Positions 15,896 to 26,824 are shown, counted from the stretch's first letter. The stretch is 40,332 nucleotides of DNA from an uncultured Candidatus Saccharibacteria bacterium (GCA_964363455.1 CAYIIM010000002.1:1-40332); one strand, 5' to 3'. Numbers and translations: made by a program. The notes: generated by a model from the sequence alone, not told the origin.

Positions 15896-16603
15896 ATGTC
15901 CCGCTACCACAAATTTCTCCTATTAGCCGTTTTAGTCGTTTGGGTTTTGACTGCCATCAATCCTAAATTTCCTGAAGACTGGCTATTAGAAAATTATCTC
16001 GTTTTCTTTTTTGTCCCACTTATCATTATTCTCGGCCGCTGGTTCCGACTTTCTAATGTTTCATACACCCTAATCGCCATTTTTACCATTCTTCATCTTA
16101 TCGGCGCCCACTATACCTACGCCGAAGTCCCGTTTGGCTACACCCTCCAAGATTGGCTCGGCGCTTCAAGAAATATGTACGACAGATTAGTCCACTTCTC
16201 TTTCGGCTTTCTTTTGGCCTACCCCATCCGTGAAGTCTTTATGCGCCTTGCCAGGGTAAAAGGCCTCTGGGCCTTTTACCTACCGCTTGATGTCACTATG
16301 TCTTTTTCCGCCTTTTACGAACTCATTGAGTGGGTAGCGGCCTCAACCGCCAACTCCGCCGCTGGGATTGCTTTCTTAGGCGCCCAAGGCGACATTTGGG
16401 ATGCTCAAAAAGATATGCTTTCTGCCGGCATCGGCGCCGTTTTAGCCATGCTCATCGTCGCCGCCATTCATTGGAAGTACAACGAGGAATTCAGCTCCGA
16501 ATTCAAAGAGAGCTTTAAAATCCATAAAATGGACGAACCCTTGGATGAAGTTAAACTCCGAAAATTGATCGCCAAAAAAACTAGACTTACTAAACAAAAG
16601 TAA
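15896..16603 (+). CDS. DUF2238 (YjdF-like) membrane protein
   Basis: LSNVSYTLIAIFTILHLIGAHYTYAEVPFG and RNMYDRLVHFSFGFLLAYPIRE fit my recollection of DUF2238. Confidence 0.7.
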   Translation: MSRYHKFLLLAVLVVWVLTAINPKFPEDWLLENYLVFFFVPLIIILGRWFRLSNVSYTLIAIFTILHLIGAHYTYAEVPFGYTLQDWLGASRNMYDRLVHFSFGFLLAYPIREVFMRLARVKGLWAFYLPLDVTMSFSAFYELIEWVAASTANSAAGIAFLGAQGDIWDAQKDMLSAGIGAVLAMLIVAAIHWKYNEEFSSEFKESFKIHKMDEPLDEVKLRKLIAKKTRLTKQK

Positions 16604-16605
16604 AC

Positions 16606-17301
16606 ATGCGTCTTCACAAATTTTTCGTGAAAGCCGACCTCGGCGAAAAAAGCGTCTTCGTCGAAAACGAAGAATTGGTCAAACAAATCAAAAACGTTTT
16701 GCGCCTCAAAGTCGGCGACGAAGTAATTTTATCCGACGGCCGTCTTAACGAAGCCGTCGCCAAAATCACCACGCTGAACACTAAAAGTTTTTCCGCTTTC
16801 GTTTTAGACACTCGGACTAACGTAAACGAATCCAAAAATCACACCGTTCTCTACCTCTCAATTTTAAAACGGGAAAATTTTGAAATTGCCGTTCAAAAAG
16901 CCACTGAAGTTGGCATCAAAGAAATTATTCCAATCGTAAGTAAGCGCACGGTAAAGCTCGGCCTCAAAACCGATCGCTTAGAAAAAATCATTCAAGAAGC
17001 GGCCGAACAGTCCAACCGCGGCATCATCCCCCGCCTTCACGAAACGATCGAACTTGAAAAAGCCATCGTCGAGGCCAAACAAAATAATTTAAATATCTTC
17101 TTTCATCCCGTCGGCGGTCCCCTTCCTCCCACCAAAGACAAAAATCGCATCGGCATCTTCATCGGTCCCGAAGGCGGTTGGGACGAATCCGAAATCCTGC
17201 TCGCTAAAAATTACAACTTCGTCTTAGCTAAAATGTCTCCCCTCTCCTTCCGCGCCGAAACCGCTGCGGTGGTCGCCAGCTACATCGTTAATCAAAATTA
17301 A
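16606..17301 (+). CDS. rsmE: 16S rRNA (uracil1498-N3)-methyltransferase
   Basis: MRLHKFFV start, PUA-like N-terminus, KRENFEIAVQKATEVGIKEIIP, and C-terminal GPEGGW. Confidence 0.88.
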   Translation: MRLHKFFVKADLGEKSVFVENEELVKQIKNVLRLKVGDEVILSDGRLNEAVAKITTLNTKSFSAFVLDTRTNVNESKNHTVLYLSILKRENFEIAVQKATEVGIKEIIPIVSKRTVKLGLKTDRLEKIIQEAAEQSNRGIIPRLHETIELEKAIVEAKQNNLNIFFHPVGGPLPPTKDKNRIGIFIGPEGGWDESEILLAKNYNFVLAKMSPLSFRAETAAVVASYIVNQN

Positions 17302-17306
17302 ACATT

Positions 17307-17744
17307 ATGAAAAATCTCGACTTAAAGTTTATTAACTTCGCCAAAAAACACGCTATCGTTTTTTCCCGAATCGCCCTTTTTGTCGTTTACTTCTGGTTTG
17401 GCGCTCTAAAACTTTTCGGCACCAGTCCCGCTAACCCCCTTGTCGAAAATCTTCTCCAAAAAACCCTGCCTTTCATGACCTTCGATACCTTTATCATCCT
17501 TCTCGGAATCGGCGAAATGATTATTGGCCTGGCTTTCTTGATCAAAGGCTTCGAACGGCTCGCTATTCTCCTATTAATTCCGCATATGATCACCACCGCC
17601 ATGCCCCTTATCCTTCTCCCTTCTGTCGCCTGGCAATCCTTTCTCACTCCCACCCTTGAAGGCCAGTACATCATCAAAAATCTCCTCATCATCGCTTCAG
17701 CCCTTTTCATCGGCTCAAACTTAATCCCAAGAAAACAGTCATAA
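17307..17744 (+). CDS. small integral membrane protein (DoxX/YkgB-like, tentative)
   Basis: 145 aa with 4 hydrophobic helices. RIALFVVYFWFGALKLFG resembles DUF417/DoxX-type proteins. Confidence 0.6.
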   Translation: MKNLDLKFINFAKKHAIVFSRIALFVVYFWFGALKLFGTSPANPLVENLLQKTLPFMTFDTFIILLGIGEMIIGLAFLIKGFERLAILLLIPHMITTAMPLILLPSVAWQSFLTPTLEGQYIIKNLLIIASALFIGSNLIPRKQS

Positions 17745-17941
17745 TATTTTCACCTCAAATCCCGTGCTCCGTGTTTTATACTTCATGTTTCATGATTCAC
17801 GTTTCATGTTGAGGGGGATAACTAACCCTTCCAACCTAATTGAAAGAAGCGTACGATTAAATTAGGAATCCCAAGGATCAGTTTTAGTTTTTTATACTAT
17901 TGGAGTGAGTATAATACTTCTCCTACTCACCCCCGAAAAGG

Positions 17942-17972
17942 CGCGGCTCCCACACGAGGTCGCGTCTTTTTT
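17942..17972 (+). terminator. rho-independent terminator in the 304-nt gap before atpB
   Basis: CGCGGC - 11-nt loop - GTCGCG (one G.U pair), extended by A/T pairs, followed by TCTTTTTT. Confidence 0.6.
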
Positions 17973-18063
17973 CGTAGTTTTGAAAAACACGATCCGCTCT
18001 TCTCAAAAACCCTATAATCTGTTACAATAACGCCCGTCTAGATCCAATTTGCCCAAAAAATCA

Positions 18064-18816
18064 ATGCACGAAATATCTCTAAAAGCCGAAGAATTATTCC
18101 GTATTGGGAGCTTCCCCGTCACCAACGCCCTCCTTTTGTCTTTTGTCAGTCTTATCGTCCTAGTTTTATTCGGTCTTTTCATTCGAAAAGGCCTAAAAAT
18201 GATACCCGGCAAAATTCAAAGTATTTTTGAGGTTCTAATGGAACAAATCCTAAAACTTATGGATTCGGTCCTCGGCGACCGCCATATCTCAGAAAAATAC
18301 CTACCCCTAATTGCCACCATCTTCCTTTTTATAATGACCTCCAACTGGCTCGGCCTTTTCCCGTTTGTCGGACCCTTGGGATTAAATGTCGAGCACGGCG
18401 GAGAGCATGCTTTTATCCCTCTTTTCCGATCCCCTGCCGCCGACCTGAACTTCACTATGGGTTTAGCCATCGTGGCTCTAATTTCAATCAACCTACTCGG
18501 TGTTTTAGCAATTGGATTTAAAAAACACGCTGGAAAATTCTTCAACGTTCATAAACCTTTCCCAGTTATTTCTTTCGTCGGAATCCTTGAATTCCTCTCG
18601 GAATTTGTTAAAATAGTGTCGTTCTCGTTTAGGTTATTCGGGAACGTCTTCGCGGGCGAGGTCCTTCTACTAATAGTAGGGTTCCTAGTTCCCTACTTTG
18701 TTCCTCTCCCGTTTTTGTTTCTTGAGATCTTCGTCGGCTTTATCCAAGCCTTCATCTTTGGAATGTTAACCCTTGTCTTCGTCGCCATGTCTACGGCCAA
18801 AGACGGAGGTCACTAA
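18064..18816 (+). CDS. atpB: F0F1 ATP synthase subunit a
   Basis: Conserved LFGNVFAGE and R-containing helix (FSFRLFGN). The ATG at 18064 is preferred over the TTG at 18049. Confidence 0.93.
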   Translation: MHEISLKAEELFRIGSFPVTNALLLSFVSLIVLVLFGLFIRKGLKMIPGKIQSIFEVLMEQILKLMDSVLGDRHISEKYLPLIATIFLFIMTSNWLGLFPFVGPLGLNVEHGGEHAFIPLFRSPAADLNFTMGLAIVALISINLLGVLAIGFKKHAGKFFNVHKPFPVISFVGILEFLSEFVKIVSFSFRLFGNVFAGEVLLLIVGFLVPYFVPLPFLFLEIFVGFIQAFIFGMLTLVFVAMSTAKDGGH

Positions 18817-18877
18817 TTAAAAAATCAATTCCTGAAAATAAAAGTCGAAAAAAAACAAACATCAAAAAAATAATATT

Positions 18878-19144
18878 ATGACACCAGACGTTGTCAGCAC
18901 TGCCGTAAGTGGTGGTATGAGTCCAGAAACAATGAAGTTACTGGCAATCGCAATTGTGATGGGATTAGGCACTGTCTGCCCAGCCATCGCTATCGCTATG
19001 ATCGGCTCCAAGGGCGCCGATGCTATCGGACGAAACCCGGAAGCCGCGCCAAAGGTTCAAACCGCGATGATCTTGGCTATCGCTTTCGCTGAAGCCATTG
19101 CTATCTACGCGCTCGTTGTTTCTCTCATCTTAAAGTTCGTCTAA
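18878..19144 (+). CDS. atpE: F0F1 ATP synthase subunit c
   Basis: Two-helix hairpin with GRNPEA loop and AFAEAIAIYALVV, which carries the carboxylate Glu. Confidence 0.93.
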   Translation: MTPDVVSTAVSGGMSPETMKLLAIAIVMGLGTVCPAIAIAMIGSKGADAIGRNPEAAPKVQTAMILAIAFAEAIAIYALVVSLILKFV

Positions 19145-19145
19145 A

Positions 19146-19169
19146 ACTGCCGAAGATAAGTTCGGCAGT
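19146..19169 (+). promoter_or_regulatory. intercistronic stem-loop directly after atpE
   Basis: ACTGCCGAA - GATAAG - TTCGGCAGT, a perfect 9-bp stem with only a short T run after it. Confidence 0.6.
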
Positions 19170-19187
19170 TTGTGCAAGCAGAATCAA

Positions 19188-19691
19188 ATGCAAGAATTAG
19201 TTCATCAATTAGGAATCGACTGGAAACTTCTTTTATCCCAAGGAGTGAACTTTTTAATCTTGCTCACTGTTCTCACTTTTCTGGTCTACAAGCCACTCTC
19301 CAAACTAATGGAGGAGCGCCGGAAAAAAATTGAGTTTGGTTTGATGGGCGCCGAAGAAGCTGAAAGGCGACTAAAAGAAATCGATCAAGAAAAAGCCGAG
19401 AAACTCGCCGAAGCTGATCGGAACGCCCTTAAAGTCGTAGGCGAAGCCGAAAAAAGAGGCCGCAGCCGATTTGATGAAATCCTCAAAACCGCCGAAGGCA
19501 AAGCCGAAGAAGTGATGGCTGAAGCCGCCCGCGTCGCCGAACATAAAAAACAAGAAGAACTAAACCGCCTCACCGAAAAAGCCAACGCCCTTATTAAGGA
19601 AGCCATCATTAAAACCGTCGAGCTAGATCCAAAGCACATTGACGAAAAGTTGATCACTCAAGCCGCCCTGATTATTAAAGAAAAAGCATGA
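19188..19691 (+). CDS. atpF: F0F1 ATP synthase subunit b
   Basis: N-terminal TM followed by a long charged helix. The ATG at 19188 is preferred over the TTG at 19170. The stop overlaps the atpH start as ATGA. Confidence 0.85.
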   Translation: MQELVHQLGIDWKLLLSQGVNFLILLTVLTFLVYKPLSKLMEERRKKIEFGLMGAEEAERRLKEIDQEKAEKLAEADRNALKVVGEAEKRGRSRFDEILKTAEGKAEEVMAEAARVAEHKKQEELNRLTEKANALIKEAIIKTVELDPKHIDEKLITQAALIIKEKA

Positions 19692-20059
19692 AGTACTCCC
19701 CTCAAAACTACGCCCTAGCCCTCTCAAGTGTTTTGGCAAAATCTAAAGAAGACAAAACGGTTTTTTCGAATTTTTTGAAAGTAATCAAGAAAAACGGAGA
19801 TCAAAAAATTCTCCCAAAAATCCTGGATGCTTTTAAAAAGATCGAGATTAAAAAGAAAGGTGGCTCGCATATTAAGTTAGAATTTGCCCACGAACCCACC
19901 GAAGCCCAAATTAAATCCGTTACCAGAAAATTTAGCAGCCATGATTGGGTCGAAACATCTACAAATCCATCACTGGTAGCCGGAGTCAGAATCACTTTTG
20001 ACGAAGAACGCGAAATCGACAATTCCCTCGCAAGGAAATTAAATAAATTATTTAAATAA
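19688..20059 (+). CDS. atpH: F0F1 ATP synthase subunit delta (short, 123 aa)
   Basis: The C-terminal NPSLVAGVRITFDEEREIDNSLARKLNKL matches the delta/OSCP C-terminus. Position in the operon also fits. Confidence 0.8.
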   Translation: MKYSPQNYALALSSVLAKSKEDKTVFSNFLKVIKKNGDQKILPKILDAFKKIEIKKKGGSHIKLEFAHEPTEAQIKSVTRKFSSHDWVETSTNPSLVAGVRITFDEEREIDNSLARKLNKLFK

Positions 20060-20117
20060 AAGTTTCAAAGAAACTTCCAAAACTTTTCACTTTGAACTTT
20101 AAACTTTTAACTTCAGC

Positions 20118-21650
20118 ATGAGCTACGACATTATCGAAAAACTAAAAAAAGAAATCGAAGGTTTTAAGCACGACGTCACCACTGAAAACGTGGGGCTCAT
20201 TATCGAAGCTGCCGACGGTATTGCCAAGATCTCAGGCCTTTCAAATACCTTAAGCCAGGAAATTTTAATTATTGAAACCGAAAGCGGTGATGTTCCCGCT
20301 CTCGCCTCCAACCTCGAAGAAAGCTCCATCGGCGCTATTCTTTTGGGTGATTTTGAAAAAGTAAAAATCGGCCATCGCGTCCGCCAGACTGGCCAAGTTT
20401 TATCCATTAAAGTCGGGCCAGAAATTATCGGCCGCGTCGTCGATCCCCTTGGCCGCCCACTTGATGCTAAGGGTGTTATTTTTAAAGACGAAAAGAAAGC
20501 CGAAGACTACCCGCTTGAAAAAAAAGCGCCTTCGGTTATTGATCGCGAAGGCGTCCGCACACCAGTCCACACTGGCATTAAAGCCATTGACTCTATGATC
20601 CCCGTTGGTCGCGGCCAAAGAGAGCTCATCATCGGCGACCGTGGCACTGGCAAAACCGCCATCGCCATCGACGCCATCTTAAACCAGGGCAAAGACCCCG
20701 GCCGAACCCAAATGATCTGTGTCTATGTCGCCGTTGGCCAAAAAAATTCCAAAATTGCCAAAATCGTTAAAGTCCTCGAAGACGCCGGCGCGATGAAATA
20801 CACCGTAATTGTTTCCGCCCCGGCCTCCGCGCCTGCCGCTCTCCAATACCTCGCCCCTTTCGCTGGCTGCGCCATTGGTGAATATTTCATGGACCAAGGC
20901 CAAGATGCGCTCGTCATCTACGACGACCTTTCCAAACATGCTCAAAGTTACCGCGAATTATCGCTCCTTTTAAGACGTCCTCCGGGCCGCGAAGCTTATC
21001 CCGGTGACATTTTTTATCTCCACTCTCGCCTCTTGGAACGCGCTTCAAAACTTTCTAAAGAAAAAGGTGGCGGATCTTTAACCGCTCTTCCAATTATCGA
21101 AACCCAGTTGGGCGACGTCTCCGCCTACATCCCAACCAACGTCATCTCTATCACCGACGGCCAAATCTATTTAGAATCCAACCTCTTCAACCAAGGTCTC
21201 CGTCCAGCGGTTAACGTCGGTCTTTCGGTCTCTCGTGTTGGTTCCGCCGCTCAAACCAAAGCTATGAAAAAAGTAGCTGGCAAACTTCGCCTTGAGCTGG
21301 CCCAATTCAGAGAACTCCAGGCCTTCGTTCAGTTCGCATCGGATCTTGACGACAACACGAAAAAGAAAATCGAACGCGGTGAACGCCTCACTGAACTCCT
21401 CAAACAAAACGATCGCGAACCCGCCTCTTTCGAAAAAGAAGTGGTGGCGCTGTATGCCGGCATCAATGGCTACTTAGATGACGTTCCAAAAGATCGCATC
21501 AAAGAATTTGAAGCGAAATTTATCGATTTCCTAGAAAAAATGGGCAAAGAAAAAGTTTTAGGTGCGATTGAAAAATCTAACGAAATCAGCGAGGAAACTG
21601 AGAAAAATCTAAAGTCGGCCCTCGAAGAATTCAAACGGATCTTCGCATAA
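20118..21650 (+). CDS. atpA: F0F1 ATP synthase subunit alpha
   Basis: Walker A GDRGTGKT, 510 aa, typical alpha-subunit sequence throughout. Confidence 0.97.
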   Translation: MSYDIIEKLKKEIEGFKHDVTTENVGLIIEAADGIAKISGLSNTLSQEILIIETESGDVPALASNLEESSIGAILLGDFEKVKIGHRVRQTGQVLSIKVGPEIIGRVVDPLGRPLDAKGVIFKDEKKAEDYPLEKKAPSVIDREGVRTPVHTGIKAIDSMIPVGRGQRELIIGDRGTGKTAIAIDAILNQGKDPGRTQMICVYVAVGQKNSKIAKIVKVLEDAGAMKYTVIVSAPASAPAALQYLAPFAGCAIGEYFMDQGQDALVIYDDLSKHAQSYRELSLLLRRPPGREAYPGDIFYLHSRLLERASKLSKEKGGGSLTALPIIETQLGDVSAYIPTNVISITDGQIYLESNLFNQGLRPAVNVGLSVSRVGSAAQTKAMKKVAGKLRLELAQFRELQAFVQFASDLDDNTKKKIERGERLTELLKQNDREPASFEKEVVALYAGINGYLDDVPKDRIKEFEAKFIDFLEKMGKEKVLGAIEKSNEISEETEKNLKSALEEFKRIFA

Positions 21651-21681
21651 TTCATAATTCCTAATTCATTATTCAAACCCT

Positions 21682-22602
21682 ATGGAATCTCTCCAAGTCA
21701 CCAAAACTCGACGCAAAGCCGTTCAAAATGTCGGCCAAATCACCAAAGCTATGGAAGTGGTTTCGGCCACCAAGATGCGCCGCGCCCAGGAAGTGGCTCT
21801 AAATTCCCGCCCTTACGCCTTCGAAGCCATTCATTTACTTGAAAAACTTTCCAAAAACACGCCAACCCAAAACATCCTCACGACCGAGCGACCCGTCAAA
21901 AAAACTCTTTTGTTAATCGTCGCCTCCGACAAAGGCCTCACCGGCGCTTTTAATACTCAAGTCTTTCGCGCCACCGATCGCCTTTTGGAATCTGAGAATT
22001 TTGATAACGATAATTTAGTCGTCGTCGCAGTTGGTAAAAAAACTACCAACTATTGCCTTAAAAAGAAATTAAATATTATCAAAAGCTTCCAGGGGGTCGG
22101 AGATTTTGCTAAACCCGAAGAAGTGGCTCCTTTAACTGAAACTTTAATCAATGGTTTTAAAAACGGCGATTGGGACAAAGTCATCACCGTCTCAACCCAT
22201 TTTCGAACAGCCTTAAAACAAGAAACCCTAACCCGCCAAATTCTACCCGTTGATTTTGGAAAGATCCGAGAAACTATCAAGGAAATTGTCCCTGAGCATG
22301 GCCGCTACGCCGACATCGTTGAGAGCAAGGTAAAATCCGAAGAAGTAGAATACATCTTCGAACCCACGGCAAAAACTGTTGTCGAATTCCTTATCCCCCA
22401 TTTAGTTAAACTCCAAATTTATCACCTCGTCCTTGAAGCCAACGCCTCCGAACACTCCGCCCGTCGCGTCGCCATGAAAACCGCTTCTGATAACGCCAAA
22501 GATTTAGCCGACAGTCTCACCCTTGAATACAACAAAGCCCGGCAAGCCTCGATCACCCGAGAACTTATCGAAATAACGTCGACCCAAACTGCCCTTAACT
22601 AA
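21682..22602 (+). CDS. atpG: F0F1 ATP synthase subunit gamma
   Basis: N-terminal ITKAMEVVSATKMRRAQ and C-terminal YNKARQASITRELIEI. Confidence 0.93.
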   Translation: MESLQVTKTRRKAVQNVGQITKAMEVVSATKMRRAQEVALNSRPYAFEAIHLLEKLSKNTPTQNILTTERPVKKTLLLIVASDKGLTGAFNTQVFRATDRLLESENFDNDNLVVVAVGKKTTNYCLKKKLNIIKSFQGVGDFAKPEEVAPLTETLINGFKNGDWDKVITVSTHFRTALKQETLTRQILPVDFGKIRETIKEIVPEHGRYADIVESKVKSEEVEYIFEPTAKTVVEFLIPHLVKLQIYHLVLEANASEHSARRVAMKTASDNAKDLADSLTLEYNKARQASITRELIEITSTQTALN

Positions 22603-22645
22603 CCCCCCACCCCAAAATTTTTCCATGCGAAATAATAAACATATA

Positions 22646-24158
<1,513 letters not shown>

Positions 24159-24267
24159 CCTAATTTCTAATTATTTTAATTTCTAATCAAATCCCAACTC
24201 ATAAATCTCGACTATTTAAAATTTAGAGTAATTAGATCAATTAGTATATTTAGAATAATTTCCATAT

Positions 24268-24507
24268 ATGTTTACCAAAATCATCTCACTCAAGGGCATC
24301 GAATACGAAGGTGAAGTTAAATCTTTCAACGTCAAAACCGAAAGTGGCGAAATTACCATTCTTGACCACCATCGCCCCTTAATCACAATCTTGAAAAAAG
24401 GCGTGGCCGTTATTACCGGTGAGAAAAACGAAAAAAAAGAGATGTCGATCAATAGTGGTTTTTTGGAAATTGACGCCCACAACCACCTAAACGTCCTCAT
24501 CGACTAA
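24268..24507 (+). CDS. atpC: F0F1 ATP synthase subunit epsilon (79 aa, beta-sandwich domain only)
   Basis: GEITILDHHRPLITILKKGVAVI and SGFLEIDAHNHLNVL match the epsilon N-terminal domain. No C-terminal helical hairpin. Confidence 0.8.
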   Translation: MFTKIISLKGIEYEGEVKSFNVKTESGEITILDHHRPLITILKKGVAVITGEKNEKKEMSINSGFLEIDAHNHLNVLID

Positions 24508-24552
24508 CGCAATACTAACCTAAGGTAAATAGTCACCCTCAAAAAGCGGCCT

Positions 24553-24624
24553 GCCCCGTACTGAAATTCGGATCTGACCCCATTAGACCTTCCGAATTTC
24601 TAGTACCGGGGCTTTTTCTTTTTC
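24553..24624 (+). terminator. strong rho-independent terminator of the atp operon
   Basis: Arms of about 19 bp, CCCCGTACTGAAATTCGGA / TCCGAATTTCTAGTACCGGGG, followed by CTTTTTCTTTTTC. Confidence 0.8.
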
Positions 24625-24661
24625 TAGATAAAAAGCTAAAATATCATTACTATTAAAACCC

Positions 24662-25153
24662 ATGAGAAAGCACAGCCTTCCCGTTCTTATCATTATCTGC
24701 TCTTTAGCGATATCAGCCTTTCTGGTACTAAATTCTAGAGATAACGACGTACCCAATGAAGCCAATCTTCCTTATGAGCCTTACGTCCTTCTCGCTGAAA
24801 AAACACCTATCCCAGAAAACATTAGGGCCAAAATAAAATCGGCTGTAGAAAAATCTTTTGAGTATAACGAACCCGAGAATCTCTATGTTATGAAACTAGA
24901 AAGTATCGAGGAAATCTATCCAGTAAGAAATGAAAGTAATGGTTTAACTTATTACTACGCCAAAACCAACGTCAATCAAAATGAAGAAAAGGCAACTTAC
25001 TATTTTATGGTAGATGATTTTGGCGGATGCAAAACAACATCTCCCTGCGATCCCTTTACTAGTGAAGATTTTGATTCAGAACTAGCAACCGGTAACTACC
25101 GAGTCAAAGATATTGGCTCATCTAGAGATATGGAGGTAAAATCTAAAGATTAA
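24662..25153 (+). CDS. hypothetical secreted or anchored protein
   Basis: 163-aa ORF with an N-terminal hydrophobic signal (LPVLIIICSLAISAFLVL). Confidence 0.6.
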   Translation: MRKHSLPVLIIICSLAISAFLVLNSRDNDVPNEANLPYEPYVLLAEKTPIPENIRAKIKSAVEKSFEYNEPENLYVMKLESIEEIYPVRNESNGLTYYYAKTNVNQNEEKATYYFMVDDFGGCKTTSPCDPFTSEDFDSELATGNYRVKDIGSSRDMEVKSKD

Positions 25154-25158
25154 ACGCA

Positions 25159-26208
25159 ATGGAACTCCCCTTTTTAATCATCATTCTCGTTATCTTAGTC
25201 GTGGGCCTCGGGTTAATTTGGCAGCTTTTGAAATCTCAAAAAACCGACAAAGCTGAGGACAAATCTATGTTAATGCTCCAAAACCAGATCAACGAACTCA
25301 ATCGCACCTTAGACGCCAAGCTTGGAGAGTCCTCCAAAGTAATGCGCGAACAGTTTAATGAGTCCGCTAAAATTATCAAAGAAATCACCCAAGAACTCAC
25401 CAAAGTCGGTGAGGGCCAAAAGCAAGTTATGGGCGTCACTGATCAGCTCAAAAACCTCCAGGATGTCCTAAAAAACCCCAAGCAACGCGGGGTCTTAGGC
25501 GAGTACTACCTAAACACCGTCCTTGAAAACGTCCTTCCCCCTGGCACCTGGGCCGCTCAATACGAATTTAAAGACGGCACCAAAGTCGACGCCGTGATTT
25601 TTGTGAAAGACAAAATTATTCCTATTGATTCCAAATTCTCGCTGGAAAACTACAACCGGATTTTAGAAACTAACGATGAGGTTGAAAGAAAACGCCTCGA
25701 AGAATTATTCCGAGGCGACTTGAAAACCCGCATTGAAGAAACTTCTAAGTACATCAAACCCTCTGAAGGCACCTTGGAATTTGCCTTTATGTTTATCCCC
25801 TCGGAGGCCATTTACTACGACTTATTAGTAAACAAAATCGGGGCTGTCAAAGCCAACACGCGTGACCTAATCGAATACGCCATCAACGAGAAAAAAGTGA
25901 TCGTCGTCTCCCCCACCTCTTTCCTCGCCTATCTCCAAACCGTCCTTCAGGGACTGAAGGCCATGCAAATCGAAGAATCCGCCAAAGAAATCCGTAAACG
26001 CGTCGAAGAGCTTGGTCGGCATTTAATTTCCTATGAAAGCTATATGAAAAAGCTCGGCACTCATTTAGGTACCAGCGTTTCAATGTACAACTCCGCCTAC
26101 AAAGAACTCTCTAAGATCGACAAAGATGTTTTGCGTATCACCGGCACCGCCGTCGGCACCGAAGCCCAAGTCTTAGAAAAGCCCCGTGACCTTGAAGATG
26201 AGGATTGA
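25159..26208 (+). CDS. rmuC: DNA recombination protein RmuC
   Basis: N-terminal TM and coiled coil, then the RmuC core RGVLGEYYLNTVLENVLP...DAVIFVKDKIIPIDSKF...MFIPSEAIY. Confidence 0.9.
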   Translation: MELPFLIIILVILVVGLGLIWQLLKSQKTDKAEDKSMLMLQNQINELNRTLDAKLGESSKVMREQFNESAKIIKEITQELTKVGEGQKQVMGVTDQLKNLQDVLKNPKQRGVLGEYYLNTVLENVLPPGTWAAQYEFKDGTKVDAVIFVKDKIIPIDSKFSLENYNRILETNDEVERKRLEELFRGDLKTRIEETSKYIKPSEGTLEFAFMFIPSEAIYYDLLVNKIGAVKANTRDLIEYAINEKKVIVVSPTSFLAYLQTVLQGLKAMQIEESAKEIRKRVEELGRHLISYESYMKKLGTHLGTSVSMYNSAYKELSKIDKDVLRITGTAVGTEAQVLEKPRDLEDED

Positions 26209-26215
26209 TTACTTA

Positions 26216-26824
26216 TTAAAAAGAAAGATTGATTTTGCTTATAGGCTTCCTTGCTAGCTGACCATACACATATATAAATTTTAGTTCTCCGTTTTTATAC
26301 ACTTCCTCGATCTCACAATTTGCTAAGTTCCTTAGTTGTTCACGATTTATGCTCTTCGGCAGTCGCATACAAATATTTTCCGTAAAACCTTTTTGTAAGT
26401 ATTGAAAAAGCTTAGATGTATTGGGTGTAGTTTTTTCGATATCCGTCGCATGATCTTGTCCGTAAATTCCAGTAGTTGTCCATTCTACGTCAGTGTGGAC
26501 TACATCAATTTTCTTGGAACTCAAAGCGCGAAAAAGATTCTCTTCAAAGATATCTTCAGAAAAAAACTCTACATTTGATAAACCGGCGGATAAAATATTC
26601 TTTTTCGCAAATTCTATCCTCTTTGGATTTATATCTACAGCAAAAACTTTCGGAAAAACTTTTGCAAGCTCAATTGTTGTACTTCCAATGCCGCAACAAA
26701 CTTCAAGAATATTCACCAAGCCCACACACTCTCGCAACCTTTCAGCTACGTGCTTAGCCACAACAGGACTATTTGTAACTTTCAAACCATCCTCATCTCC
26801 AACTAAAAAATCCTCCTTATTCAT
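26216..26824 (-). CDS. class I SAM-dependent methyltransferase (TGS1/Methyltransf_15-like impression)
   Basis: SAM motif I ILEVCCGIGSTTIELA, followed by VFAVDINP. Confidence 0.75.
   Translation of the reverse strand: MNKEDFLVGDEDGLKVTNSPVVAKHVAERLRECVGLVNILEVCCGIGSTTIELAKVFPKVFAVDINPKRIEFAKKNILSAGLSNVEFFSEDIFEENLFRALSSKKIDVVHTDVEWTTTGIYGQDHATDIEKTTPNTSKLFQYLQKGFTENICMRLPKSINREQLRNLANCEIEEVYKNGELKFIYVYGQLARKPISKINLSF

Noticed and set aside
18013-18018. A TATAAT 45 nt upstream of the atpB ATG, considered as the atp operon promoter.
   Set aside because: No acceptable -35 lies at 16-18 nt, because the TTGAAA is 27 nt away. It is plausible as a -10 but not supported well enough to list as a feature.
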